Source of the DNA: Ginglymostoma cirratum | Taxonomy: Eukaryota | Direction of reading: 5' to 3' | NCBI GenBank assembly: GCA_024137785.1 | Contig: JAHRHZ010000024.1 | Span: forward strand, 9,475,885-9,539,884 | Length of the DNA stretch: 64,000 nt | Part shown: in pieces, positions 51,141 through 63,442 of the stretch | Position numbering within the stretch: the first letter of the stretch is position 1 | Layout: each line of letters opens with the position of its first letter | The notes under the pieces: model-generated | The model's input: the letters and a program-made list of their open reading frames with translations, nothing else | The model's database searches: none | What the model was told of the DNA's origin: nothing | Made by a program: the position numbers and the translations under genes

Positions 51141-51944
51141 TCAGTACTTTGATTAATGGGATGAAAATGAGAAAGTGGATCATCAGAAAAAAAATCTGCA
51201 GCCCATTTTCCAAAGCCTATCTAATTTTACCTTAAATTTCATTATGTTAGCAGTGACCCTGAGCTTGAAATTCCATAGGTTGATTGCCCTTTTCATTTGG
51301 TAACACACTGGTTCATACGCACTTTCCCTCTTCCAAATGTGAATATGTGTCCCTGGGTTCTAGAATATACAGCGATCTCTGGCGCATTCTTGGGGCTCAG
51401 TTAATCTACTCCCTTGAGAATGTCTCATGATGTCTTTGAGCTGCCACTTCTCCAGATTAAAACACGGCCAGGCTCTTCAACTTTTCTAGGAACTCAAATA
51501 CCCTAAACTTGACATCAGTTGGAGTACATTTTTTTTTCTGGACTGGGTTAGCGCTGGGTTAATGCTGGATTATGCAATGTCCCTGTATCTATAGATCTCA
51601 AATTCTAGTAACTTTTCTGTATATTAGAATATATTTGCATAGACATGGGATGGATTTTCTGAAGAGTGGCAGTCATAGATAGTTTGTCACTTCTCTCCTA
51701 CTTTTTATTGTTAAGAAAGAGCTCCACATTTCTGGCAGGATATTCTGAACAAGGGGGCCTGCAGAAATGCGAGGAGTACCTTAAATCCAACTGTCTCCTG
51801 GCAGTGCAGGACAGTGGGGACAAAACAAACTACAGCACCTTTTTCATAGCACTTCCTACTGTCCTTCAAGCAGCACAGGCAGCTACTTTGACAGCTCCTG
51901 TGGAAGTCTAAGTATGTGAGCTCAGTGTGAGGTTAGAGTGCCAC

Positions 51945-52393
51945 ATGGGAAGGATATCAGTGTGACAAATGAATAGGGGGACAAGTGGGGAGGAGTTCAG
52001 TGTGCCAGGTGAGTAGGGTACCAGGCGGGAAGGATGTCAGTGTGTCAGGTGAATAGTGTACCAGGTGGGAAGGATGTCAGTGTGCCAGGTGAATAGTGTA
52101 CCAGGTGGGAAGGATGTCAGTGTGCCAGGTGAATAGTGTAGCAGGAGGGGAGGATGTCAGTGTGCCAGGTGAATAGTGTACCAGGTGGGGAGGATGTCAG
52201 TGTGCCAGGTGAATAGTGTAGCAGGAGGGGAGGATGTCAGTGTGACAGGTGAGTAGGGTACCAGGTGGGGAGGATGTCAGTATGCCAGGTGAGTAGTGTA
52301 CCAGGTGGGGAGGATGTCAGTGTGCTAGGTGAGTAGGGTACCAGGTGGAGAGGATGTCAGTGTGCCAGTTGAATACAGTACCAGATGGGAAGG
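51945..52393. repeat. 40-bp G-rich minisatellite, about 11 copies
   Basis: ggatgtcagtgtgccaggtgaatagtgtaccaggtgggga at 52032, 52072, 52112 ... 52352. Confidence 0.95.
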
Positions 52394-54221
52394 TCTCCAA
52401 GTAAATGATTAAATGTTTATAGTATGTCAGAGTAGGAAGGAAAATAAGGTTCCAGCCGGGAGGGACATGATTTTGCATCCAGGAAGATGAATGGAGGGGG
52501 CTTGCTAGGTCCTGATGCACAGAAGGTTTTGTGTCCTGGGGTTAGAGGGCAGGGTGTCAGCTCCCTGGAAGGTAGGAGGATTGGTTGTTGGGTCTAGATG
52601 TGGGGGAATAGGCTACTGGTTCCTGAAGGCTGGAGTGTCAGATTCCAGGATGGAAGGGAGGGCCCGGTCTGGCAGTGGGAGGGTGGATGTCAGGTTAGGG
52701 TAAGGAGGACATATAGGGTTTGGAGAAAGTGATCTTGGCAGTGTGTGTGGTAAATTCAGGGGTAGTTTAATAGTTACCCAGGAGTTACACTGGGTTTTCA
52801 ATTGTCTACCATTTCCTGGGTAACTATTTTTTTTAACTGTAGTGCAACCCTCTGGATTCTCCAATTTAAATGGATACTTTTGGAGGATTCCAGGAGTGGA
52901 AGAATTGCCCAATGGAATCTTCAATTTTATGAACAATTCCCTCAGAGATTGCTATGTTAAGGATTCTGCTGGGCCCCAGTGTACAAGTCCAATCCTTTCT
53001 ATGTTGTAGAAATAGCTATGTGGCCATTTGAAAATCTAGGCTAAAGCATGTATATTACTGTTACAGCTGCCGATGGCTAAAGTTGACATGAATGGCCACC
53101 TGGGGCTTTTTAGCTGACATAAGATGGCTGAAAAAGGATTAGCAGTTACATATAACAGACTTTCACAGCCGGACTTGTGGTCTCCATAAAGAGTTTCTGG
53201 GTAAAATAATGAAAGAATCATAATAGCATCCTTGTGAGAAAAGACAAGGGAATTTAATCAGATTTCTATAAACAGGCAGCTCCAAACACATAAACGTTTT
53301 AATAAAGAATAACCTTGAAAGGATAGAGAGACACTTGGGCACTGACCAGAGTCCCAAACTTGTTATTTAGTAAAATATAGAAGGAAAAGTCTGATCCCAC
53401 AGTATTCTGAACTTTTTAGATAATTGTAAATTAGAAATGCAAACCTACAAACTAACATTAATGGATGTAATTGAATTCTATTAAGCAGATAGCTGTAGGC
53501 AATAAAAAAAATCCTGCTCTGTCAACCAGGACAGAAAAGGCAAATGGTATAGATAGATAAACGGGTAGAGAAAGGTAGTAAAGTTGTAAACACAGGATGC
53601 AAGACTCCTCCTTTATATTTCCCTTCAATACTGTCCTTGAGGGGAAAGCATAGTTATCCATAAGTGGACCTTATATTCATTTTGTTTCTGTCACTTTGCT
53701 ATCTCACTCATTGATCTATTTCAATGTATTTAGACATCTTCAATGTCCAATGCTGACATGACATTAATTCTCCCCTTCACTTTCTTCTCATCATGTTTTT
53801 TGTGAATCCTGACCCTAACCCTGTTTACCTTTTCCTCTAGCTGGTCAAAGCAATTGCGTACAGGTTGCAACAGTTATTATAATGATTCATTTACTGCTAC
53901 TGCTTGTTCCCACTGTCACTTTGAAATTCACAAGGGTATATTAGGCACTCTGTGATTTAATTATCCCTGAGAACTGGTAGAATTACTAATCCAGTATGCT
54001 CATTTATTTGGAGATTTTTATAAAAACAATTCTTGGTAAGCAAATGATCAGAATATGTTCCATTTCACTGGGGAGCTTTTACTTCCACTACCTGGCAAAT
54101 AATCCGGCAAATCAAATTACTTGGTTAAGTGACCTGAGCAAGGCACAAACAATGGAATAGTAGCGTTTATCACAAGTGGCTGAAAGTTACACTACAAAGT
54201 TAGGAAAATTTTGGTTAGATG

Positions 54222-54332
54222 TTCTGATGAAGGTTCACAGGATCTATAGATGCTGCTAGACATGCTGAGCTTTTCCAGCAATTTCTGTTTTTGTTTCTGA
54301 TTTCCAGCGTCTGTAGTTTCTTTGTTTTTTGT
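54222..54332 (+). mobile_element. Penelope pLTR insert (subfamily B), internally deleted
   Basis: ctgatgaaggttcac..gatgctgctagacatgctgagcttttccagc. Confidence 0.65.
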
Positions 54333-54474
54333 TTGATTAGACCATTCCTGGTGTTTTGAATTCAGCTTTCTTCATCTCTCTTGATGTCTGGCAATGATGG
54401 ATACTGGATGAATTGACATTAGAGGGTGTAATGACAAAGAGTGGTAAGTAAGAGAGGTATGGTTTGGCATGAGT

Positions 54475-54797
54475 TCATAGAATCCCTACAGTTTTTGGAA
54501 AGAGGGCCTTCAGCCCAACAAGTCCACACTGACCCTCAGACATCCCACTAAGACCCATCCCCTTATAACTCACCTAGTCTACACACCTCTGGACACTACA
54601 GGCAATTTAGCATGGCCAATCCACCCAGCATGCACATCTTTGGACTGTGGGAGGAAACCGGAGCATCTGGAGGAAACCCATGCAGACACAGGGAGAATAT
54701 GCAAACTCCACACAGATGGATGCCTGAGGCTGGAATCAAATCCAGGTTCCTGGTGCTGTGAGACAGCAGTGCTAACCACTGAGCCACCATGCCACCC
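54475..54797 (-). mobile_element. Full-length HE1/V-SINE-like SINE
   Basis: Same architecture as the other copies. Confidence 0.9.
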
Positions 54798-55392
54798 CTT
54801 TGTTGGCACTAAGTTTGCATGGGTTCTATAAAGGGCCATGTAGATGGATAAAGGGCCATAAAACTATGAACGTCTTTGGAGGTGGGTAGAGGAATATAGA
54901 TTGACATAGTGGATCTGAGAGGTTATGGGGAGTTGGGGGGATGTGAGGGCTGAAGGCTAGAAGGCGTTTCTTGATTGCTTTTCCTTACAAGCCCTGGAAT
55001 ACTGAGGTTGGCCTTTGATTAAGTTTCTGAGGAATAGCAGGTTAAATCTCTGTTAGCATTCAACACCTACATGCTTCCATTCTAAAAATAAGAACAGGCA
55101 TTCTCCCAAGTCAGGTTTGCAGAATTTTTCTAATTGACCTTCAGACTTGAGGGCTAATATCTTCGCACTCCAGACCTTGCACTCTCTTTGAGATCCCCAA
55201 TTGCCAACAACTTAGATGCACACAGCACATAATTTTATAACCTTCCATTTCTGAGGGCTGGATAATTATGTGGTATGCACACTGGGGTATTGATGGAGTA
55301 GGATCTCCACTTTTACATCTCAAATCTTCTTATCAATTACGCAATCTTTTTACTCATTCATAAAGAAGCCTGAACAAGGTGGAGAAGGAATA

Positions 55393-55667
55393 GAGATAAC
55401 AAGGTGTAGAGCTGGATGAACACAGCCGAAACGTCAAGCTTTCCTGCTCCTATGATGCTGCTTGGCCTGCTGTGTTCATCTTATCCACCTCCCCCTCTCT
55501 CCCTATTTATTTCAGAACCCTCTTCCCCTCCCCCATTTCTGATGAAGGGTCTAGGCCCAAAACCTCAAGCCTTCCTGCTCCTATGATGCTGCTTGGCCTG
55601 CTGCGTTCATTCAGTTCTACACCTTGTTATCTCGTATTCTCCAGCATCTGCAGTTCCTATTATCTCT
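55393..55667 (+). mobile_element. Penelope-derived insert: inverted arm plus tandem pLTR copies
   Basis: 55393-55425 inverted; 55426-55480 repeated at about 55557-55610; flanked by ggagaaggaataga at 55381-55394 and 55674-55687. Confidence 0.8.
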
Positions 55668-55874
55668 TTTTTCGGAGAAGGAATAGAATTTGGTTATTCG
55701 TTAGTGATTCACTGAGAGCTTTCAGTGGATGTGGATCTCTTTCCAATAATGGGAATCAAATCTATGAGAAATTTAGAGTATGAATAACAACATGTCTAAC
55801 AGGTTATTTCAATCCTACAAAAATTAATAGCAAAATCAAAATAGAATACAGCTCAGCAGGAAATGCTGGGATTT

Positions 55875-56190
55875 CATGGTGGCTTAGTGGTTAGCACTGC
55901 TGCCTCACAGCACCAGGAACCTGAGTTCAATTCCAGCTTTGGGTACTGTCTGTGTGGAGTTTGCATGTTCTCCTGTGTCTGCATGTGTTTTCTCCTGCTG
56001 CTCCAGTTTTCTCCCACTGTGCAAAGACATGCAAGTTAAGTGGATTGGTCATGCTAAATTGCACATAGTGTCTGGGAATGTGCAGGCTGGATGGGTTATA
56101 CATTGGGAATACATATTTACAAGGATTGGGTAAGAGGGTGTGGGTATGGGTGGAATGCTCTTCGGGGGTCAGCGTGAGCTCAATGGGCTG
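55875..56190 (+). mobile_element. HE1/V-SINE-like SINE
   Basis: tggcttagtggttagcactgctgcctcacagcaccagg..gagttcaattcc. Confidence 0.9.
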
Positions 56191-56194
56191 AATA

Positions 56195-56428
56195 GGGGAG
56201 CCAATGATAGGTAGATGCAGGTAGGGGGTTATTTTGATTGCCCCATGGGAAGGGTGGAACAGATAGGTGAGTTGGAAGATGGACAGATTAGGTCAGGTCA
56301 GGGAGGACGGGGAGGGCTGGACGTGGGATAAGGCTGGGGCTGGAGGGATTTTGAAGCTGGTGAAGTCAATGTTGAGGCCATTGGGCTGTAAGCTCCCAAG
56401 GCGAAATATCAGGTGTCATTCTTCCAGT
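56195..56428 (-). mobile_element. Penelope 3' fragment
   Basis: Matches the reverse complement of about 7455-7630 (antisense ILKLV.S.LRPLG). Confidence 0.75.
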
Positions 56429-56604
56429 TATGTTGGGATACAGAGACAATAGTGGTTTTAAAAAGGGAATTGGATAGAATAAGTACAGAAGAAAAACATT
56501 TGCCGGGATGTGTGGAAAGAGAGGGAGAATCAAATTAACTGAATTGCACTTGCAAAGAGATGATGCAGACTTGATGGGTTGAATGGCTTCCTGCTGTGCG
56601 GGTC

Positions 56605-57260
56605 ATAGTCATAGAGTATTACAGTATGGAAAGATGCCTTTTGTACCATCGTGTCTGTGCTGGTCATCGAGTACTTATCTACTCTCATTCCATTTCCCAG
56701 CATTTGGCCCATAGCCTTGTATGTGATGATGTTTCAAGTGTTTATCTAAATTTTTCTTAAATATGTGATGGTTCTTGTTTGTAACACCCTCTTAGGCAGT
56801 AAGTTCCAGATGCCCGCCATCTATTGAATGAAAAAAAAACTTAAATCCCCTTTAAACTTCCTGCCTCTCACCTTAACTTTGTGTCCCTTAGCAACTGATC
56901 CCTCTCTTAAGTAGAAGAGGTTTATTTCTATCATTCCTGTCTATAACCCTCATAATTCAGTAGACCTCATTCAGGTTCCCCTCACTTCTCTGTGCCAAGG
57001 AAAACAATTCCAGCCAATCGAGAACAAAACCAAGAACTGTGGGAGTTGGATATCTAAAATAAAAACAAATTGCTGGAGAAACACAGCAGGTCTGGCAACA
57101 TCTGTGGAGAGAGAGCAGAGTTAATATTTTGGGTCCAGCAACCCTTCATCAGATGGAGGGTCCCTTCTAGTCTCTCTTCATAATTAACCACCCCAGCCCA
57201 GGTACAATCCTGGTGAATTTCCTTAGCACCTTCTCCAGTGTAATCACATTCTTCCAATAG
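56605..57260 (-). mobile_element. CR1 3' end with nested minus-strand Penelope pLTR (57020-57155)
   Basis: CR1 tail starting tcatagtcatagag; nested minus-strand ctgatgaagggttgctggacccaaaat. Confidence 0.75.
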
Positions 57261-57264
57261 CGTG

Positions 57265-57585
57265 AATTATAGAATCCCTACAGTGTGGAAACAGGCCCTT
57301 CGGCCCAACAAGTCCACACCGACCATCAGAGCATCCCACCCAGACCTATACCCCTATAACCCACCTAATCTACACATCCCTGTGCATTACGGGCAATTTA
57401 ACATGGCCAATCAACCTAGCCTGCACATCTTTGGACTGTGGGAGGAAACTGGAGCACCCGAAGGAAACCAACGCAGACACGGGGAGAATGTGCAAACTCC
57501 ACACAGACAGCCGACCGAGGCTGGAATCAAACCCACGCCTCTGGCACTATGAGGCAGCAGTGCTAATCACTGCGTCACCGTGCCC
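57265..57585 (-). mobile_element. Full-length HE1/V-SINE-like SINE inserted in CR1
   Basis: Same architecture; CR1 sequence resumes at about 57586. Confidence 0.9.
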
Positions 57586-60230
57586 TGTGGTGGCCAGAAT
57601 AGCCCACAGTACTCCCGCTGAGCATAATTACTGTCCAATACAGTGCCATGCTCCTGTTTTCTATGTCGCAATTAATAAAATCAGGCATTCTAAACCACCC
57701 TATCCAAGCATTCTGTTCCCTTCAAGGATCTATTAAAAGCACACCAATGTCCTGTGATTCTCAGTACTAGCCAGGGTTTTACCATACATCATACATCTTG
57801 TTGGTCCTTCCAAAATGTATCACCTCAGATTAATCAGGATTAAACTCCATCTACCAATTGACCAGTCTGACTATATTATCCTATAGTCTAAGGTTTACCT
57901 CCTTAATATTTATCACACTCCCAAGTCTTGTGCCATGCGTGAGCCTACTGTTAAAACATGGAAATATAAAAAAAAGTAGTAGGCCATTCAGCCCTTTGAA
58001 CCCATATTGCCACTCAATATGATCATGACTGATCATCCAACTCAGTATTTTGTTCCCATTTTCTCCCATGCCCTTTGATTCCTTTAGCCCTTATATCTAA
58101 CTCCTTCTTGAAAACATTCAATGTTCTTGCTTCAACCGTTTTCTGTGGCAGAGTATTCCATAGGTTCGCCACTCTCTGGGTGATGACATTTCTCCTCATC
58201 ACAGTCCCAAATGGCCTAAGCTATATCCTTAGACATTGATCACTGCTTCTGGATTCCCTGGTCATCAAGAACATCATTCCTGCACTTATGGTGTCTAGTC
58301 CTGATAGAATTTTATGGGTTTCTACAAGATCCTCCCTCATTTTTCTAAACTCGTGTAATACAATTCTACCCAATCCAATCTCTCTTCATATGTCAAAACA
58401 TCAATTATACATGTCTAAATCATTAATATATGCTGTAAACAGCAAGGGACCCAGGACTGAATTCTGTTGTATGATGGGGCAAAAGTACAAGTTGCTGGAA
58501 AAGCTCAGTAGGTATAGCAGCATCTGTGGAATGAAATCAGAATCAGCATTTCAGGTTGAGTGACCCTTCCCCATTAGACCCGAAGCGTTAACTCTGATTT
58601 CTCTCCACAGATGCTGCCAGACCTGCTGAGCTTTTGCAGCAATTTCTATTTTTTCTCTGATTACAGCATCTGTAGGTTCTTTCAGTTTTTATCCTGTTGT
58701 GTACCACTGGACACAGCTTCCAGTCACAAAAACAACCTTCAGCCTGCACACTTTGTCCACTGCCACAAAGCCAATTTTGATCCAATTTCCCAGCAAGCCT
58801 TGGGTCCTCTTTCCTCTCACCTTCTTGGCCAGTCTCCCCTGCATGATCTTATCAGAAACCCTTTCTGGAGGCCAGGTAGACTATATCAACTGCACTACAC
58901 TCATCCACACACTTCATCACTGCCTTGAACATTCAAATTTGTTAGACATGGTTGCCTCCTGACAAAGCCATGCTTCCTATCCTTGAATGCTCCTTATCTC
59001 TCAGGCAGATATGAATTCTGTATCTCAGATGTTTCACAAAAGTTTCCCTACTGCTGATGTTAAACTCACTGTCCTAAAGTTCCATGGTTTAACCCTCTAA
59101 TCCTTCTTGAATAATGATGCCACATTAACTGTCTTCCTAATATCTGGTTTCATTCATGTGAATAGAGAGAGTTTGAAAATTAGCATCTAGAGTCCTGCAA
59201 TACATCTTCTCTGGGTCTAGGGATTTATTCAACTTTATAGTCATTAAAATCATTAGTATTGTCACCGTTTCAATGATTTTCTTTCCAAATTTATGAATGT
59301 TGCCTTCCCAGATTTCAATACCTACATAGTTCTTTTCTACGGTGAATACAGATACAAAGTAATCATTTAAAACATTTATGTCTTTTGGCTTCACACAGAG
59401 ATTACTTCTTTTGACTGATAACTCTTTACCTGTTGTCCTTTTGCCTCCAATATACTTATAAAATGCCTTTGGATTATCTTTTATTCTAACCACTTGTGTT
59501 TCTTCATGTCCGCTCTTTGCTCTCTTTGAGTGAACCTCTATAATTTCTATTCTAGTTTCTACAGTTTTTAGCTCATGTTGTCTACTATAAACTTCCTTTT
59601 CTTTTTTTTTATTCAATCTTGTACTTCTAAGTATCCTAGGGTCACTGGACCTGCTTGCTAACCCCTTTCATCTTTACAGGAACACGTTGGCATAGCACTT
59701 TCAATATTTCTTTTATAAATGAATCCCACTACTCCAGTGTAGATTTTCCTTCATACAGTTGTTTCTGGTTCACTTTGGCCAGATCCTGCTTTATCATATT
59801 AACTGCAGACTTCCAGTGATTTTGAATTTTTATTTCTAGTCCAACTTTGTCCTTTTCTGTAACTACCCCAAATCTTTCTAAATTATGGTCAGTATCACTG
59901 AAATGCTCCCTGAATGACACTTCCACCACTTGCCCAGCTTGTTTCCCCAAAATTAGGTTTAGCACCATTCGTTCATTTGCAGGAATTTCTATGTGCTGAC
60001 TTAAAAAGCTCTCCTGGATTCATTTCAACAATTTTTTCCCTCTAAGCCTTTTAAAGTTTGTCTATTCCAGTTAGTAATGATGTCACCCCCTTTCTTGCCT
60101 GAAGATTCTAAACCCTGGAATATTGAGCTGCCAGCCTTGCCCCTCCTTCAACCACTCCATGACAGCAATAATATGATATTTCCATGTGTTAACCAGTGCC
60201 TCCAACTCACCTGCCTTTCTCATAAGACAT
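57586..60230 (-). mobile_element. Long decayed CR1 with nested CR1 tail (57955-58400) and palindromic Penelope insert (58480-58690)
   Basis: IKDNPKAFYKYI..K..; LNLILG..AGQV..EHFSDTDHN (endonuclease SDH). Confidence 0.8.
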
Positions 60231-60659
60231 CTATTACATGATTATTTGATTTTATACAAGTGCTTTTCAATAGCGTTCTATCTTGAGCATACTAATTTTT
60301 CACTTTGAACTTGTGATATACGGCAGACTCTGCCAACAGATTTCGCAAGAGACCAGTTTGTCAGTATATCTGAACTTACATTTACCTAATGGCTCTAAAA
60401 TGGGTGAATAATTAAGAACCATTATTGAAAATAACATATTGATCCATTCAGCCAGTGAGCAATCCTTCACAGATAAATTTATAATCTGCTTGTCTAACAT
60501 TTGTAATGATTCCCTTAAAATTAATTTCAGGAATGTATCCTATTAATGTTATGCTGTATATTACCTTCTGGAAAGCATAAAGCAACCAAATGAGTTACCA
60601 CATAATGAGTAAACAATCTTAATGCAATTTTTAAATTTGTTCTGATCGTATTAACAGTG

Positions 60660-60930
60660 CTGGCTTCATCAACATTTATTGCCTATCCTTAGTTGACCGT
60701 CAGAAAATGGTGATGGACCTTCTTTCCATATGCTGAAAGTACTATTAGATAGAGAATTCCAGGATGAAGAGGATCAATGATGAAGAGGGAGCTTTGATAA
60801 ATATTTTCAAGTTAGGATGATATGTGACCTGGTCGCATGTGGATCTGATGGTGTTACGTACACCTGTGAACATTCTCCTTCTAGATGGTGGAGATTACAG
60901 GTTTGGGATATGGACCGAGGACTGCTGATG
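60660..60930 (-). mobile_element. LINE family B 3' tail, old
   Basis: acatttattgcctatccttag..tggtgatggaccttc; homologous to 9600-9810. Confidence 0.6.
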
Positions 60931-61479
60931 TATATGAAAATTACATTTCTGTATAATAGGATGATTTCTTGATAAATGAGGCTTGATAATGACTAGAGCA
61001 AGTTGTTGAACAGAATGGGTTAATTTAATGAGGAGATTGCGGCATTGATGTTCTCATAGGTTAGATCAAATAGGTTGAAAGTCTTTCCTGACCTTGGCTA
61101 TTTAGTGACAGTTGTGACATGGAACACAGTCTGAATAGGATTTGCACAGAATCTGTCCATGTACCAGTGATCTTAATATGTTCTCCAGACTTCCAATCCT
61201 TAATCTCTACACGGATCAGCTTTTCACTGCATTTTAAAATAAAAGCTGATCCTCATCTTCATAGCTTAATGTCCATTTCCTGTTTAACTTTATCTGTGTC
61301 ATAACACAGAACTGTCTGTTTTAAAGGAACCATATAAATGTAGTTCTGGTTATTATTTTATAGGTAACAGAATAAAGCATACAACACAATATTAAAATTT
61401 GTAACTATGATATGTAATGGCTAGTAATGTTGTAAATATGTTTATGCTCTTTTGGCTGGTCGGGATAAGTTTTTTTTTT

Positions 61480-61705
61480 AAATCTTAAAGCGGTGACTCA
61501 CCTTTTCTGTAGGCCCCTGATTGACGTTCCCACTCTTCCTGCAGCAAGTCTGTGGACTCTTAATTAGGTTAGAGGAGGAGGGTGGGAGGGAGGCCCTACC
61601 GTGTAGGACGTGGGGCTTAGTACACACCTACTTGAAAAGGACCACTGGCTTTGAGGTAAGTGCTTAAATAGCAAAACACTTACCTTCCCAACAGCCTCTC
61701 CAGAC
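61480..61705 (-). mobile_element. Probable LINE (CR1-type) 5'-UTR fragment
   Basis: GC-rich block with splice-donor motifs; its upstream part appears inverted at 63310-63443; family assignment recalled, not verified. Confidence 0.45.
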
Positions 61706-61829
61706 TCCAGACCCACAGCAATGTGGTTGACTCATAATTGTCCTCTGGGCAATTAGAGATGGTTGATAAATGCTGGCCTAGCCAATGATGGCCTCATCCT
61801 GTGAATGAATAAAACAAAAGTTTAAAAAG

Positions 61830-62043
61830 TCTTTGGAATTCTCACTGAAAATGTGGTGAAAGCAGAGTTCTTGAACATTTTTAACGCAGAAGTGTATAGA
61901 CGCTCGGCAAACATGAGAATGAAAGTTTATCAAGGGTAGATGGGAATATGATTTGAGGTTACAATGAGAATAACCATGATCTTTTTGAATGATGGCAGTC
62001 TCAAGGGGCTAAATGGATGATCCCTGCTCCTTGTTTGTAAGTC
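61830..62043 (+). mobile_element. CR1 3' tail
   Basis: ccatgatctttttgaatgatggcagtctcaaggggctaaatgg..cctgctcc. Confidence 0.7.
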
Positions 62044-62049
62044 TGTATG

Positions 62050-63045
62050 TTTGATTGATTGATTGTCACTTATACTGAAGTACAGCGAAAAGATTTGTTT
62101 ACAAACAGTCCAGGCAGATCGTAGTAAGTAAGAGATAACAAGGTGTAAAGCTGGATGAACACAGCAGGCCAGGCAGCATCAGAGGAACAGGAAAGCTGAC
62201 ATTTTGGGTCGGGACCCTTCTTCAGAGAATCTCATAGTAAGCAAGGACATACAGATCAAAATGTCTTAGACAGAGGCATTCGTATCACATTGCACAGGGC
62301 ATGCACTAGGCAAGATCAACATTAGCAAGATCAGCATTATTTGAGGCTAGAGAGTCCATTCATCAGCCTAATAACAGCAGGAAGAGCTGTTCCTGAACCT
62401 GCTCATGCATGTGTTCAGGCTTCTGTATCTTCTGCCTGATGGAAGACGTTGTAGGAGATCATTACCAGGTTGTGTTGGGTCTTTGAGGATGGTGGCAGCC
62501 TTTCCACAGCAGTGAGCCATGTAAATGGAGTCCATGGACAGAAGGTTCTGTGATGGTCTGGGCTGTGTACACCACCTCCTGTAGTTTCTTACGGTCCTGG
62601 GCAGACCAGTTGCCATAACGTGCTGTTATGCATCCAGACAGTGTGCTTTCAATTGTGCATCTGTTCATCCAGTTGGTGAGGGACCTTATGGACATGCCAA
62701 ATTTCCTTAGCTGCCTGAGGAAGAAGAGGCAATGTTGTGCCTTCTTGACCATCACATCTACATGGGAAGGCCAGGACAGATTGTCGGTTATCATTACTTT
62801 GAGGAACTTGACGCTCTCCACCCTCTCAACCTCAGTCCCGTTGATGCGGATGAGGGTGTGTTCTCCTCCTTTCTTTCTGAAGTCAATGATCAGTTCTTTA
62901 GTTTTGCCGACATTGAGAGAGAGGTTGTGATCATTGCACCACTTCACCAAGCCCTGTATCTTCCTTCTGTATTTTGACTTGTCGTTCTTAAATATCCGTT
63001 CCACTACATTGGAGTCCCCAGCGAACTTGTAGATGTCATTCATTG
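62050..63045 (-). mobile_element. 5'-truncated Rex1/Babar-type LINE with (CAAT)n tail and nested Penelope pLTR (62132-62227)
   Basis: ORF 62462-63043 YKFAGDSNVV..WCNDHNLSLNVGKTKELIIDFRK..KKAQHCLFFLRQLRKF. Confidence 0.85.
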
Positions 63046-63154
63046 CTGTTTCATTGCTGTTTGTGAGAGCTTGCAGTGTACTAACTGTCTGACTGAATGA
63101 AGAGATACTTGAATTGGCAGAATTTGACTTCTGCTGTTCGATAGGAATCTGTAT

Positions 63155-63310
63155 TGGGATTTCAACAATTTATTGCACTTATTGATGACTTAGATGATGG
63201 AATTGAGAACCTCCTATCCACTCTTATCAATGCCACAAAAATAGAAGGTTTGGAAGTAATGTAGATGCTAATATAAAACTGGAAAGAGACATCAAAAGAT
63301 TAAGTGAACA
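63155..63310 (+). mobile_element. CR1 RT fragment
   Basis: Translates IDDLDDGIE...TKI...LERDIKRLSE. Confidence 0.6.
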
Positions 63311-63442
63311 GCTTTTTTACAGCAGAGAGCGGCGGGAGCTGGCCTGAAGCAAGGTCGGAGTGGAGATGTTGTTGGGAAGGTAAGTGTTTTGCTATTTAAG
63401 CACTTACCTCGAAGCCAGTGGTCCTTTTTAAGTAGGTGTGTA

